This document shows, in pieces, positions 63,476 through 64,000 of a stretch of DNA of 64,000 nucleotides. Every line of letters starts with the position of its first letter. Within the stretch, counting starts at the first letter, position 1. The stretch lies in assembly GCF_009914755.1 (NCBI RefSeq), contig NC_060925.1, one strand, 5' to 3'. The notes under the pieces are model-generated. The model did no database searches and was not told the origin of the DNA. It saw nothing but the letters and a program-made list of their open reading frames with translations. This DNA comes from the human T2T-CHM13v2.0 reference genome, Homo sapiens. A program made the translations under genes and the position numbers.

Positions 63476-64000
63476 TGTACAAATCTGTTCTCAAACTGCT
63501 ATAAGGAAATACCTGAAACTGGGTAAATTATAAAGAAAAGAAGTTTAATTAGCTCATGGTTCCACAGGCTGTACAGGCTTCTGCTTCTGGGGAGGCCTCA
63601 GAAAACTTATAATCATGATAGAAGGTAAAGGTGAAGCTGGCACATCTTACATGGCTGAAGCAGGAAGAAGAGAATAAAGGGGAAGGGTCTATACACTTTT
63701 AAACACCCAGATCTTGTGAGAACTCTCTCACTATCATATGAACAGCAAAGGGGAAGTCTGCCCCCAGGATCCAATCACATCCCACTAGGCCCCACCTCCA
63801 ACATTACAGATTACAATTTGACATGAGATTTAGGCAGGGACACAAATCCAATCCATATCATTCTTCCCCAGCTTCTCCCAAATCTCATGTCTTTCTCACA
63901 TTGAAAAATACAATTGCCTCTTCTCAACAGTCCCCCAAAGTCTTAAATCATTTCAGCATTAACTCAAAAGTCCACAGTCCAAAATCTAATCTGACACAAG
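63476..64000 (-). mobile_element. MSTA-like LTR (63476-63860) plus MST internal sequence running off the window
   Basis: ctgctataaggaaatacctga...cttctggggaggcctcagaaaactta...catgagatttaggcagggacacaaatccaatccatatca, then cccaaatctcatgtc...cagtcccccaaagtctt (int 3' end). Confidence 0.92.

Overview
AT-rich, CpG-poor primate (most likely human) nuclear DNA. AluJ/AluS, L1PA5-like and L1PA7-like elements and an MSTA LTR indicate an anthropoid primate. I recognise no protein-coding exon, RNA gene, CpG island or prokaryotic feature, so this reads as a long-gene intron or intergenic/lncRNA territory. I cannot name the locus. Roughly half or more of the window is transposon-derived. It includes a heavily decayed RTE-clade LINE at 1-3.7 kb carrying three hAT insertions, many L2/MIR fragments, five Alus, two MADE2 mariner MITEs and four MaLR LTR elements. 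A nested L1 block spans 21.9-41.8 kb. It contains a near full-length L1MA with a monomer-repeat 5' UTR inside an L1ME, an L1MC/MD fused to a partial MLT1D provirus, a TSD-flanked L1PA5-like copy with a (TA)n tail, and a twin-primed 5'-inverted L1PA7-like copy. The unique stretches contain several unverified splice-signal-bounded segments. On the minus strand these are a candidate first exon at ~8.7-9.2 kb, a 120-nt open cassette at 9458-9577 and a candidate terminal exon at ~16.3-16.6 kb next to an inverted Alu pair. On the plus strand there are candidates at 7.0, 10.3 and 42.7 kb and a recursive-splice-like AG|GTGAGT at 44683. I do not find convincing evidence of a new biological system. Repeat subfamily names come from memory of consensus sequences, and repeat boundaries without TSDs are approximate.
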